A stretch of DNA of 13,866 nt from Amoeboradix gromovi X-113 (lineage: Eukaryota > Fungi > Sanchytriomycota). Both the position numbers and the translations under genes were made by a program. Location: contig JADGIF010000225.1 of assembly GCA_018985225.1 (NCBI GenBank), forward strand, positions 1-13,866, in the 5' to 3' direction. Within the stretch, counting starts at the first letter, position 1, and each line of letters begins with the position of its first letter. This document shows positions 1 through 9,464 of this stretch, one piece after another. The notes beneath the pieces were generated by a model. The model saw only the letters and a program-made list of their open reading frames with translations. It made no database searches and was not told the origin of the DNA.

Positions 1-153
1 CGATACAAAAAAGTCATTTATTTTCCTTTCATACTCATCAACTCCTCAACTAGCTGAGTGTCCACTCGCCTGTAAGTCCATAAAATTAATAAAGCTGAAA
101 TAATGTTCAAAGTCGTTACTGAAAGTTAGTCTAGTTTTTTTATTGGATGTCCC
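1..153 (-). mobile_element. Terminal part (putative 5'/left end) of a TIR element related to 13101-13545; runs off the left edge of the window
   Basis: Minus strand 153->128 reads GGGACATCCAATAAAAAAACTAGACT, 22/26 identical to both 13101-13126 and the reverse complement of 13520-13545. Similarity continues inward: ttaataaagctgaaataatgttcaaag..gaaagttagtctagt (~86-135) vs ttaatacagttgaaataatgattcaaac..gaaagttagtctagt (~13478-13527), and cgatacaaaaaagtcatttat (1-21) vs cgatggatgaaaagcatttat (13408-13428). Confidence 0.7.
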
Positions 154-166
154 ACGTGTTTATTTG

Positions 167-505
167 TTATTCTTCTCCTTTTTGAAAAGAGGATAATTGT
201 TTTTCTAGTAGGTCCAGCTCCATTAGACTGTTATTATAGGTTTCTTTAAACTGAATCTCCAAAGCGGCTCTTTTTTGCCTCTCTGCAGCTATTAGCAGCT
301 GATATCCAATGACTCTTGACCTTTTATCTTCGATGATATTTACTTGCTCTTGAATATTGGAAAGACTAGATTGACTTGAATCAACAAAATCCTGAACATT
401 ATTCATAAATTCATATGCATAGCTTGAAATGTCTTCACTTTGTTTGTATATAGCTGGGCTCAAAACTCTTAATTTTCCATTTTCGTCAATCGATATTTCT
501 GACAT
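167..505 (-). CDS. IFT20: Intraflagellar transport protein 20 (IFT-B subunit), divergent
   Basis: N-terminal ISIDENGKLRVLSP matches the IFT20 motif (L/I)xFDExxKLRVLDP, followed by EF..DF and a coiled coil containing KRSRVIG (cf. EKMKAIG). 112 aa; TTTCAAA before the ATG; AATAAA just after the stop. Confidence 0.8.
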   Translation of the reverse strand: MSEISIDENGKLRVLSPAIYKQSEDISSYAYEFMNNVQDFVDSSQSSLSNIQEQVNIIEDKRSRVIGYQLLIAAERQKRAALEIQFKETYNNSLMELDLLEKQLSSFQKGEE

Positions 506-751
506 TTTGAAACATTTTCAATTCAGCACCAAATGTGTACGGCGTACTTTTTGTAAGCCAAAGGGTTGGTGCAAGATTAACTTCAACTTACGCTATTAGC
601 CTTGACTTTGTAACCAGTAAACTTTGTCTTTTAACTTTTGTGCAGTATCCGACGCTAAGTTTATTTTTCCTAATAAGTTCCAGTTATGAATTAGATTTCT
701 CTTTGATTGACCGCTTGACTTCCAAAACTATGTGGTTGTACCTTGAAACTC

Positions 752-3346
752 ATGTCATATGAACAGCAGATCTACGATCTTCTTGATAATGAGTTGTCAC
801 ATTTAAACCCACACCCTATTTACGAGTTTTCAAATGACGATGCTTTTATTGACGTTTTGTTGCAAATAATTTCCAATAAATCATTTGAACTAAATCGTCA
901 ACAATTAGCCGCCATCTTAATCCAGCAATCCAAAAAATATACCCATTCACAAGTGGCAATACTAATTGAGCTCTCAATTCATCATCAAAACAACAGCATT
1001 CGTGAGTACCTCGTTAAAGGGTTTTCCATTTGGTCACGTAGCAATTGGTACAATTTCCCAAACTATTTTCATATTCTGTTAAGCAATGTTCAGAGCAAAC
1101 CTCGGCCTGGGCTGTTTTGTTTAAATAAAATATTAAAGGAATTCAGCACAAAGCGCTGTGGAAAAGATTTAAAGCAGTTGAATGATGAATACTACTCCGT
1201 TATATCTTTTTTACACTCGTGCTATGAGCAGTGTAATGATGACATGTTACTCAAGTATGTCGTTGATTGTGCCCGTTATGCGATTTGTTGGAGTAAAATC
1301 AATAATACTCCCGGGGTCTCTAATTTTATTTCCTTGACCATTTCTAACCGACAGTCTAACCCCACTGCAAATCATTACAAAGCGCTTGTAAAATTCCATT
1401 CTGATCTCTTCTTAACTACTTCTATTCCTCCAATTCAAGGATATCCTTCATTATTAAAACGTCTAATTTGGCTGGGGGAATTGACGACCCTGCTGATCAA
1501 AGTAATTATTGATCCATCTTCGCATTTATCTCAAAAAAAGTCAATTCTAGTTCTTGGTAACATCTACCAGGGTATTGACCTGCTTACTCCTCCCAAACAT
1601 CCACTATCTAACTTGTTTTTGGATCCCAATTTTCTTCGTCAATTAGCGGATTATTTGCTTCAAATTTGTAGATTTGACAACATTCTGGTAGAGTATGATC
1701 TCTCTATTGATCAGCTAATGGATCCTGTGGATGGGTGGGAGCTAATGGCACTGGATATTACAACTGATGATGATGGTAATGCTAATTATATCGATTTGTT
1801 TTTTGATAAGCTGTCCAAGTGTATTAGCGATCCTAAGCCATTTGTTGAATATCTGGTTCAGTTTAGCACTTCTGATATTCAGGTAATTGATGTAATACTA
1901 CGCTTGTGTAGTCAATTTGGGGTGTACCCGTTGTTAACGTTTATCGACAACTGCATTTCATTAGCCCACCAGTCCGATTTCAATCTAATTGTTGTTGTGA
2001 TGCGCCTGTGTGCAATAGTCAGCACTCATTGTGATGTGTTTGTTAATAACGTCAAGGATTTTATCACTGTTGTTATACAGCAAATTGTCAGCAACCATCA
2101 GTCACATCCATTGATTGTCGTATCTGTACTGTATCTGTTGAAAAAGCTGATTCAAGAGGATCACTTCCAATACTTGGCGCAAGATGCGTTGATAATCAGC
2201 TTAAACCACCTGAATACTTTATTAACTGCAGAAGCTAAATGCGAGTGTTTATCAACTGCCAATTGTGCCTTGGAGATACTTGGTAAAGATAGAATTATCC
2301 CTATTTACGAGGACATCTTAAGCTGTTTATCTAAAGCATGGGAATGTAACCACATGATTATGAAACCTGTACTTATCGGCTGTATGCTGACAATGACTGA
2401 GATATTAAACACTGATGCAGTAGTAATGAGTGGTAGTGTAATAGACATAGTCAATACATCGTTTTTAGAGAAGCAACTGCTGCTAGATGATGCGCTATAT
2501 CTATTAATCACATTTACCTCACACTGTTTAAATGCTAACAATAAAGAAAGTATACAGCCATTTGTATATGAAATAATTAATATGATATCTAATGGTATTG
2601 GCAGTAGTGAGCAGATTTATTGTTATTACAAAGTTCTGGAGATATACGGCATATATGCCTCCATCGATGAATTGATGATGATTCTATCGACTGTCCTAAA
2701 TTTAATGCAATTCTGTGAAGACTTGGAACTTATAAATGCAAGTATATACCTGATTACCGAGGTATTGTACTATATACACGTAGGGCAACATGAAACATAC
2801 AACAATGACTCTTTATACAGCTGCTTACAAATGGGTTTACAGTGCATAGGTATAAATGCCCAACAGAGCATTTTATCGCTCAATATGATCAGCATTTTAG
2901 TAACCATGGGGGTAAATATAGAGCATCCAGAATTTTTGATACATTCCTGTATAGACAAATGGGATTACATAACAATGCCAAGATACAAAAAGAACTTATG
3001 TATACTGACTTGTAAACTAGTTGAGTATTGTGGGATAGATGAACTAATAGCGATAGTACCAAACTGGTCAACAATGCTGTTTGACTTGAAAGAGAACAAA
3101 GACGGATGGGATGAGAAATACACAAGGATGATACCTTGCCCGTTACATGGGTTAGGAATAGCCAACTCAAAACATGAAGAAAGGCTGAACAAAATAAATA
3201 TGGAGATTTTGAGTATAGGGATGAAGAAACTAATGCAGAACTGTATAGCAGAGTATACTACTAAACATCAAGAGATATGGAGAATGGTTCTAGAAAAATT
3301 GGATCCGCAACTAGTTCAGGAATTCCAAAGAGCATTACTTCAGTAA
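752..3346 (+). CDS. IPO11: Importin-11 / Kap120-like importin-beta family karyopherin (HEAT repeats)
   Basis: IBN_N-like start (NRQQLAAILI). LNKILKEFSTKR resembles importin-11 xVxKxLaSKRL, and CIDKWDYITMPRYKKNL resembles WxDrMDNItqPerRKL. C-terminal HEER..LEKLDPQLVQEF fits the family tail. First ATG is at 752 (track start 743 is TTG). Confidence 0.8.
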   Translation: MSYEQQIYDLLDNELSHLNPHPIYEFSNDDAFIDVLLQIISNKSFELNRQQLAAILIQQSKKYTHSQVAILIELSIHHQNNSIREYLVKGFSIWSRSNWYNFPNYFHILLSNVQSKPRPGLFCLNKILKEFSTKRCGKDLKQLNDEYYSVISFLHSCYEQCNDDMLLKYVVDCARYAICWSKINNTPGVSNFISLTISNRQSNPTANHYKALVKFHSDLFLTTSIPPIQGYPSLLKRLIWLGELTTLLIKVIIDPSSHLSQKKSILVLGNIYQGIDLLTPPKHPLSNLFLDPNFLRQLADYLLQICRFDNILVEYDLSIDQLMDPVDGWELMALDITTDDDGNANYIDLFFDKLSKCISDPKPFVEYLVQFSTSDIQVIDVILRLCSQFGVYPLLTFIDNCISLAHQSDFNLIVVVMRLCAIVSTHCDVFVNNVKDFITVVIQQIVSNHQSHPLIVVSVLYLLKKLIQEDHFQYLAQDALIISLNHLNTLLTAEAKCECLSTANCALEILGKDRIIPIYEDILSCLSKAWECNHMIMKPVLIGCMLTMTEILNTDAVVMSGSVIDIVNTSFLEKQLLLDDALYLLITFTSHCLNANNKESIQPFVYEIINMISNGIGSSEQIYCYYKVLEIYGIYASIDELMMILSTVLNLMQFCEDLELINASIYLITEVLYYIHVGQHETYNNDSLYSCLQMGLQCIGINAQQSILSLNMISILVTMGVNIEHPEFLIHSCIDKWDYITMPRYKKNLCILTCKLVEYCGIDELIAIVPNWSTMLFDLKENKDGWDEKYTRMIPCPLHGLGIANSKHEERLNKINMEILSIGMKKLMQNCIAEYTTKHQEIWRMVLEKLDPQLVQEFQRALLQ

Positions 3347-3466
3347 TGAATAAATACAGTTTACTAAGAATAAGGCAGTGTTTATGCTACGTCGAAAGCT
3401 TGTATTTTAAACAAAAGCAACCAAAAACTTAACAAGTTCTGGGAGTCAACAGAAAACTGTTTTCAG

Positions 3467-4669
3467 CTACGAATCTGTTCCAAGAATGTCGATCAACATG
3501 TCATTGACTTCTTCCATCACTACCTCTAGTATACTGTAATCTTTTGTATTATACACTTGCTTCACTGCTTCAGATAGGTATGCAGATACATTGATCTCTA
3601 ATGGCGAATTCGGCGCAATATAAAGTTTATAAAGCAAATCAAAAGAAAGCTCAATTTCGGTGTCGATATACAATCTCTTCATGGAATGGTAGTCTTGTTT
3701 AAACAGGACTAGTTCGATGCAAAATCGCTGTGCAGCTTTCTTTTTTAGTTCCAAGAAATCTAAAGAAACAGTACTATGATTTCGAGGCATTGTAAGTCTT
3801 ATAGATTTGTTTCTTCTAGACTTATATATCATTAGAATTGGTATGATAACGCTCAATGTGTGTCCAATTATAAGCATTATTATAATTGAAACTGTCCAAA
3901 ACTGATGCCCGGTATACCGCAATGCTAGCCCAAGAGCATAAGCTATAGGTGTGACTATGCACAAAAATATAGTAAACTCATATTTCATAAAATACGGATC
4001 ATGCGAACTTCTCAGTAGATAAGCTACAAAATATGATGCCAAAGTATTAAGAATGAAAAACAAGTACATTAAATAGTACATTTCGAAGAGACACAGCGGC
4101 TCATAAAATTTCAGAGGATAAAAACATAGCAACAAAGTTCCACTAAATGCGCCTATCAGCATGAAACTGATTAAGGAAACTAAAACAATCCTTGGTTTGA
4201 AAAACTTAGTCTGATTTAAATGTGTATCAATAATTTGAATTTTGTTTGAATTGCTCTTGAGTTTTCGCTCTAGTGTTTTCGAGCGTATAACTATCTTTTC
4301 AAACCAGTTCATGCGTTCTATATACTGATGATATTCTTTTTCATTTAGTGTTTTTATCATGCCCGAATGTTTTTCGAATATTAAACATATTCCACGAACA
4401 ATATAGGTAAACATAAACACTCCGTAGAACATGTAGTTTACGTAAAAATGAATCGAACATGGCAGCATTAAATACATATAATTGAAAAATGTGAAAATGA
4501 AATTTTCACTGCAGCAAATAAATACCACGACTGAGAACATCAACATGTTTATATAACCCCTTTTAGCTATCGTGGCGTCGTACCTGTTGATGTGAATTGC
4601 GATTACCCAGCCTGTAATCCACAAAAATAAAATGATCTCCAAAATAAAAAAAGAGACAAAATCAGGCAT
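3467..4669 (-). CDS. Multi-pass (~7TM) membrane protein with C-terminal RGS domain (GprK/AtRGS1-like architecture)
   Basis: About seven hydrophobic segments in the first ~285 aa, then RGS motifs AAQRFCIELVLF and LYKLYIAPNSPLEINVS. First ATG is at 4669 (4672 is TTG). Confidence 0.8.
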   Translation of the reverse strand: MPDFVSFFILEIILFLWITGWVIAIHINRYDATIAKRGYINMLMFSVVVFICCSENFIFTFFNYMYLMLPCSIHFYVNYMFYGVFMFTYIVRGICLIFEKHSGMIKTLNEKEYHQYIERMNWFEKIVIRSKTLERKLKSNSNKIQIIDTHLNQTKFFKPRIVLVSLISFMLIGAFSGTLLLCFYPLKFYEPLCLFEMYYLMYLFFILNTLASYFVAYLLRSSHDPYFMKYEFTIFLCIVTPIAYALGLALRYTGHQFWTVSIIIMLIIGHTLSVIIPILMIYKSRRNKSIRLTMPRNHSTVSLDFLELKKKAAQRFCIELVLFKQDYHSMKRLYIDTEIELSFDLLYKLYIAPNSPLEINVSAYLSEAVKQVYNTKDYSILEVVMEEVNDMLIDILGTDS

Positions 4670-4720
4670 CAACGTGGCTTCACAGATCTTGAAAACACGA
4701 AATACTGTAATCGACTTGAT

Positions 4721-4897
4721 TTATTTCAATACAGGCTTCTTAGGTACTTCTTCGCCATATAATCCTCTTCCCTGGATATTAGAATCATGCTCATCTAATC
4801 CTGATCTAGGCAACGATGAAAATATCTTATAGCTTTTCTCTAATACGCTCTTTTCCTTTGACTTACTGCCTAAACTATTAGCCGAGTTAGAATCCAT
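4721..4897 (-). CDS. Hypothetical 58-aa small protein (not in ORF track)
   Basis: Hand translation: MDSNSANSLGSKSKEKSVLEKSYKIFSSLPRSGLDEHDSNIQGRGLYGEEVPKKPVLK*. Preceded by TTTTCAAACT and ends AAA TAA A (AATAAA overlapping the stop), the same start and stop signatures as neighbouring genes. Confidence 0.55.
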   Translation of the reverse strand: MDSNSANSLGSKSKEKSVLEKSYKIFSSLPRSGLDEHDSNIQGRGLYGEEVPKKPVLK

Positions 4898-5379
4898 AGT
4901 TTGAAAATGGTCCCCAATCCAAATTATGCATCACCTCTAAATATAAGACAGCATCAGATGATCGGCGTATTATTCATTTTCTTGTCCATCAAGTAAATAA
5001 TCATAAGCCTTAATGATCTAACAAAGTTGAGTATTATGCACACCACTTTTAGGCTCGCAGAGTATGAAGGAGCTGTCTTACAAAAATTATGAGGAAAATT
5101 ACTCAAAGCGCTGATTAAACTACAAATTGAAATTAAAAAGGATATTGTTAGCTTTGTTCACCTATTTGGTCATGCGGCATGTGCCGCTTATCACATGTCA
5201 GATAAAAAAGCTTAGATCACCTTTCACAATTGCAAAATATTTAGATGCATTTCAAAATCGAACTTATTGAAGAAAAAGAATTGAGCACTCAATAAAAGTG
5301 CTATCTAGGGGAATCACTTTGGACTCCATGAGACTAACCAAAGGGGACATCCAAAAACCAAACGGAGAAACTTCACAAC

Positions 5380-6936
5380 ATGTTAGTTCTATTGTTAAGT
5401 GTATTTGCTAAAGATTGCGGACCTTCCGTTGGACGGTGTGGTGGTTCCAGCTGTTGTTCTAAATACGGATGGTGTGGTGTAGGCGACGAATGGTGTGGAA
5501 AAGGATGTCAAACCGGTTTTGGCAGATGTACAAGTGACCCGATTGTGAAAGTTCCGGCACCAAAAGCCACTCAAGTGACGACAGATGGCAGGTGTAGCGA
5601 AAGTTTGCTATGTCCGTCAGGTTATTGCTGCTCGGTTTATGGATGGTGTGGTAAGTCACCAGCATATTGCACATTTCCCAACTGTTTTCAACAATGTCCA
5701 GCAAACAATCACTTCGGTGGGCATTCCGGTTATCACTTTGGTGGGCGCCCTCATGAGTCTTCTGATTACCATTTAGGTGAACACTCTGATAAACACTGGA
5801 GAAAGTATTCCGGCGACAAATCCGGTAAGCACACTGATAAACACTGGAGAAAGTATTCCGGAGACAAATCCGGTAAGCACACTGATAAACACTGGGATGA
5901 GCATCAGGATGAGCATCAGGATGAGCATCAGGATGAGCATTCAGTTGAAGGTAGACCTTCAGAGACAATCACTGTTGAAGAAGCAACAAAGACCGCCATT
6001 CCTTCAAAGACATCAACTGGATCCGTATCAGTAACAGAGTTAAGCACCAAAACTTCAAAGTCATCTAGCTCAACTAGCTTTGCTGTTGTAACAGAAACAA
6101 GAAAAGCCTCTTCTACATCGAGTGCACTTGCTGAAACAACAACTGCGAAAGAGGTGACAGCAAAAGCGTCAGCAACATCATCCTCTGCAGTAAGCACAGC
6201 AATATCATCCTCTGCAGTAAGCACGGCAACATCATCCTCTGCAGTAAGCACAGCAACATCTTTTCCAAATCCAACATTGGCCAGTCCTATCACAAACTGC
6301 AAGGTGGGCAAAACAGTTGCTTGGACATTTGATGATGGCCCGGATCCTATTAAAACAGAGAAATTGATGGGGAAGGTTGATGCTAGAGTAGCAAAAGGGA
6401 AATCTAAGATCCCACTGACATTCTTTCAGGTAGGTGATTTGATTAAAGATAACCCACAAATCATCAAGGATATGTACAATAGAGGATTTACAGTTGCAGA
6501 TCACAGTCTGTCGCATCTCGGAATCGTCTTGAATAAAAACGTTATGACTCCTACAAAGATCAAAGCAGAGGCGTTAGACAATCAGAACTTGATTGAGTCC
6601 GTAATAGGAAGAAAACCTAGATTCTTTCGACCACCTTATGGTGAATACTCTGCGGAATCTATGCAGATCTGGAATTCATTGGGCTTGTATGCAATTAACT
6701 GGTCCATAGACGCGGTGGATTGGGCAACCCCTTATGTTACAGCAGATGGTAGTGACGCATTGGTCAACATTAAAGCGCAGTTTAACGCAGATTCAAATTC
6801 AGGGCACATCATTCTGAGCCACGACATTCAGGCGGGTTCAATTGACTTCTTTGATGAGATCGCCGACTTTGTTGAATCCAAGGGATACAAGTTCGTTAGC
6901 TTAGAAGAATGTCTAGGAATTTCTCCATACATGTAA
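5380..6936 (+). CDS. Secreted chitin/polysaccharide deacetylase (CE4, NodB domain) with two N-terminal CBM18 hevein-like chitin-binding domains
   Basis: Short signal peptide MLVLLLSVFA; two CBM18 motifs (CCSKYGWCG, CCSVYGWCG); His-rich and Ser/Thr-rich linkers; all five CE4 motifs present (TFDDGP, HSLSH, RPPY, DAVDW, ILSHD). Confidence 0.92.
   Translation: MLVLLLSVFAKDCGPSVGRCGGSSCCSKYGWCGVGDEWCGKGCQTGFGRCTSDPIVKVPAPKATQVTTDGRCSESLLCPSGYCCSVYGWCGKSPAYCTFPNCFQQCPANNHFGGHSGYHFGGRPHESSDYHLGEHSDKHWRKYSGDKSGKHTDKHWRKYSGDKSGKHTDKHWDEHQDEHQDEHQDEHSVEGRPSETITVEEATKTAIPSKTSTGSVSVTELSTKTSKSSSSTSFAVVTETRKASSTSSALAETTTAKEVTAKASATSSSAVSTAISSSAVSTATSSSAVSTATSFPNPTLASPITNCKVGKTVAWTFDDGPDPIKTEKLMGKVDARVAKGKSKIPLTFFQVGDLIKDNPQIIKDMYNRGFTVADHSLSHLGIVLNKNVMTPTKIKAEALDNQNLIESVIGRKPRFFRPPYGEYSAESMQIWNSLGLYAINWSIDAVDWATPYVTADGSDALVNIKAQFNADSNSGHIILSHDIQAGSIDFFDEIADFVESKGYKFVSLEECLGISPYM
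5710..5949 (+). repeat. Coding minisatellite on a 12-bp register, containing a 48-bp unit x2.4 (5782-5895) and GATGAGCATCAG x3.75 (5896-5940)
   Basis: Tandem copies are directly visible; they encode HSDKHWRKYSGDKSGK repeats and HQDE repeats. Confidence 0.9.
6172..6260 (+). repeat. 27-bp coding tandem repeat x3.3 (ATSSSAVST)
   Basis: GCAACATCATCCTCTGCAGTAAGCACA at 6172 and 6226, a 2-mismatch copy at 6199, and a partial copy at 6253. Confidence 0.92.
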
Positions 6937-7228
6937 TGAAAAATAAATTTTTCTTCACTATATTGTACTCTTTCTCTTTATTTGTGTATACTAGTCTATT
7001 AGCTGTGCCAGCACCTATGGTAATTGGAACTCTCAAGCAGGAATAAATAAAGGCGAACATTTAGAGTAATTACTGATTGTCTTATAATCCAACATTAGAA
7101 AATTTTCAGATTTTTTGAATTAAAGAACATTGTGATGGCGTTTATTTATCACTTTAGAACCACATTTCAGCCATTATGAGCAAGCATCCTTTTTTTACTT
7201 TAAACTTGACGATGTTTTTCCAAACACA

Positions 7229-9464
7229 ATGAACTGGTTGCCTTCTGAAGTGTTAAACAAGTTAAGTGACCAGGCCCTCAATCAAGATACAGGTACTAGC
7301 TCCATTAGCTCTCGTAGTCTAGCTGAGGTAGTCAGCAGCGATGAAATCCAACTAATTGACTCAAGGTCTAATAACACAATAATCATTGAATCTGACGACA
7401 ATGATTCATTTAATGTATCTAATAAAAGGCTGGCAGAAATAAGCGATCACTCTATTAAAAAGCCTAAATCCAACTTGTTGTATCAAAGCAGTGAGAATGA
7501 TGTTGTCTATAAATATAAGAATGTTATTATGAGTGATAGCGATGATAGCAACTCTATCAGACTACTGGATAGCGTTGGAACAGATCTGATTGATCTTATT
7601 TCATCAGACCCTTCGTCAGTTACACAAACTGCCACTTCCAATACTGATTTACAACTTTTAGATTTATTCAATAATTTGAACTCTAACCTTTTAGCTGATT
7701 ACACAAATTTAGATGTCCATGTCATGGACCAATTAATACTTAAACGACCTTTTGATTCGATTGATATACTAAAATACCACTTAAAATCAGTAAAAGCCTC
7801 TAAAGCTTTAAATAATGCTCAAATCAAGCTGACACTGCTGAAAGATCTAGATGACTTATTATCACAGGTTGAGTCATATAGTAATCAGCTTAGTCAGCTA
7901 AATATGCCATCTGTGGATAGTTTACCTCCAAATATCAAATCGCAAATTAAGCCTTACCAACTGCAAGGAGCTTGTTGGATGATGAATTTGTTTATCAGCA
8001 ATGTAGGAGGGATACTTGGTGACGAGATGGGACTAGGGAAGACACTTCAGACTATTTTGTTGATATCATTTCTTCATAGTAAACAAATTAAACCTACTCT
8101 TGTAATTGTTCCTCTTTCTACTTTAGATAACTGGGAACGGGAGATTGAGAAATGGGATCCAACACTAACATTCGCAGTGTATCATGCCTGCAAAGCAGAA
8201 CGTGACATGTTTGATACGTTCGACTTTAAACAGAAAGACATCATATTGACAACCTACCATATGGCATGTGGGTCAAAAGAGGATCGAAAGTTTTTACTAA
8301 AATGCAAGCCAAAAGTACTAATACTGGACGAAGGACACTCTGTGAAGAACTGTAGCACAATGAAATATAAGCAGCTGAATCTAATACCTGCTAGAACAAA
8401 GATATTGCTTACGGGTACACCTGTTAATAATAATTTAAAAGAAATAATGTCTTTGCTGGCATTTGTTGTGCCTGATTTGTTTAATAATTACTTTGACACA
8501 TTAGACAAATTGCTCCACTGCAAACAGGATGAGTTATTGAAGTCTAGGATAGACAAGGCAGCACTGCTGTTAAAACCGTTTTTATTAAGGAGGTACAAGA
8601 GGGAGCATATGTTGGATTTGCCAAAAAAGACTGTACATAATGTCATGCTGGAGTTAACAAAAAAGCAACGAAAACTTTATGATGAGCAGGTTGAATTGGG
8701 AACATCTTGTGACACAAACTCTACTTTTCTAGTTAAAATGTTGGAATTGAGGAAGATTTGCAACTCACCTTTATTGATCCAGTTTGAGTACAGGGATTTA
8801 ATTAGTGAGATAATAACATGTGCACTTAAATTAGGAGAGTATAGAAAACACTCTCAACAAACACTATATGACTATTTTAGTGGTTTAAACGATTACGAGT
8901 TGCATCAAATATTTCTGAGCAAAAACGTATTCAAGTCATTTCCACTGGACTGCTCTGTGATACTCAAAAATTCATGCAAGTTGGATTATTTAAGACAAAA
9001 GTTACCGAATTGGATCGCCAACGGAGATAAAATATTAATATTTTCCCAATTTTTGTTAGTTCTGGATTTGTTGCAGCTATTAATGGAAGAGATGGAAATT
9101 GTAACTTCATGTTTTAATTTAGGGATATTTATCATTGGACGGGTCAACATCGCACGGAATAAGGCAAAATCTAATAGACGATTTCAACGACAATACAAAA
9201 ATAAATGTGTTTTTGCTGTCTACTAGAGCAGCTGGGTTGGGAATTAATTTAACAGGTGCCAATGTTGTGGTGACGTTTGATTTGGATATAAATCCTAATA
9301 TGGATCAACAAGCAGAAGACAGGGCATGGAGAATGGGCCAAACCAGAGATGTAAGGGTTTACAGACTGATATGTAAAGATACAGTTGAAGAAACTTATAT
9401 TTTAAAGAAAAGAGAAATGAAAACAGAAATTAGTCGGCAAGTAGAGGACTTCATAAACGATTAA
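7229..9464 (+). CDS. FUN30: SNF2-family chromatin remodeller, Fun30/SMARCAD1 (Etl1) subfamily; exons 7229-9100 and 9123-9464, 737 aa
   Basis: Motifs GILGDEMGLGKT, DEGH, LLTGTP, RRYK, LIFSQF, LDGST, LLSTRAAGLGINL, DINPNMDQQAEDRAWRMGQ. The two ORF-track pieces join in frame on removing 9101-9122, giving EEMEI|GYLSLDGST. Confidence 0.85.
9101..9122 (+). other. 22-nt spliceosomal intron
   Basis: GTAACTTCATGTTTTAATTTAG has GT..AG ends and a branch-like TTAAT next to the acceptor. Its removal restores both frame and conserved spacing of the HELICc domain. Confidence 0.85.

Noticed and set aside
535-762. 75-aa plus-strand ORF
   Set aside because: Non-ATG start, occupies the divergent IFT20/IPO11 promoter region, overlaps the IPO11 start, no recognisable motif.
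730-769. Upstream ATG (730) joined to IPO11 by a tiny intron
   Set aside because: The nearby GT donors (732, 735, 738) are phase 2 and the AG acceptors (766, 769) are phase 0, so no in-frame splice exists.
2305-3192. Four antisense ORFs inside IPO11
   Set aside because: Shadow ORFs of a long coding sequence with no motifs.
4632-4832. 66-aa plus-strand ORF
   Set aside because: Antisense shadow of the RGS start and the 58-aa ORF; the minus-strand reading carries the start and stop signals.
5459-6516. Alternative-frame and antisense ORFs in the deacetylase; tandem repeats as a possible CRISPR array
   Set aside because: The frames stay open because of coding tandem repeats. The repeats are contiguous with no unique spacers, and the context is eukaryotic.
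9061-9226. SNF2 gene as a frameshifted pseudogene or programmed frameshift
   Set aside because: A clean GT-AG 22-nt intron explains both the frame change and the surplus residues; all helicase motifs are intact.
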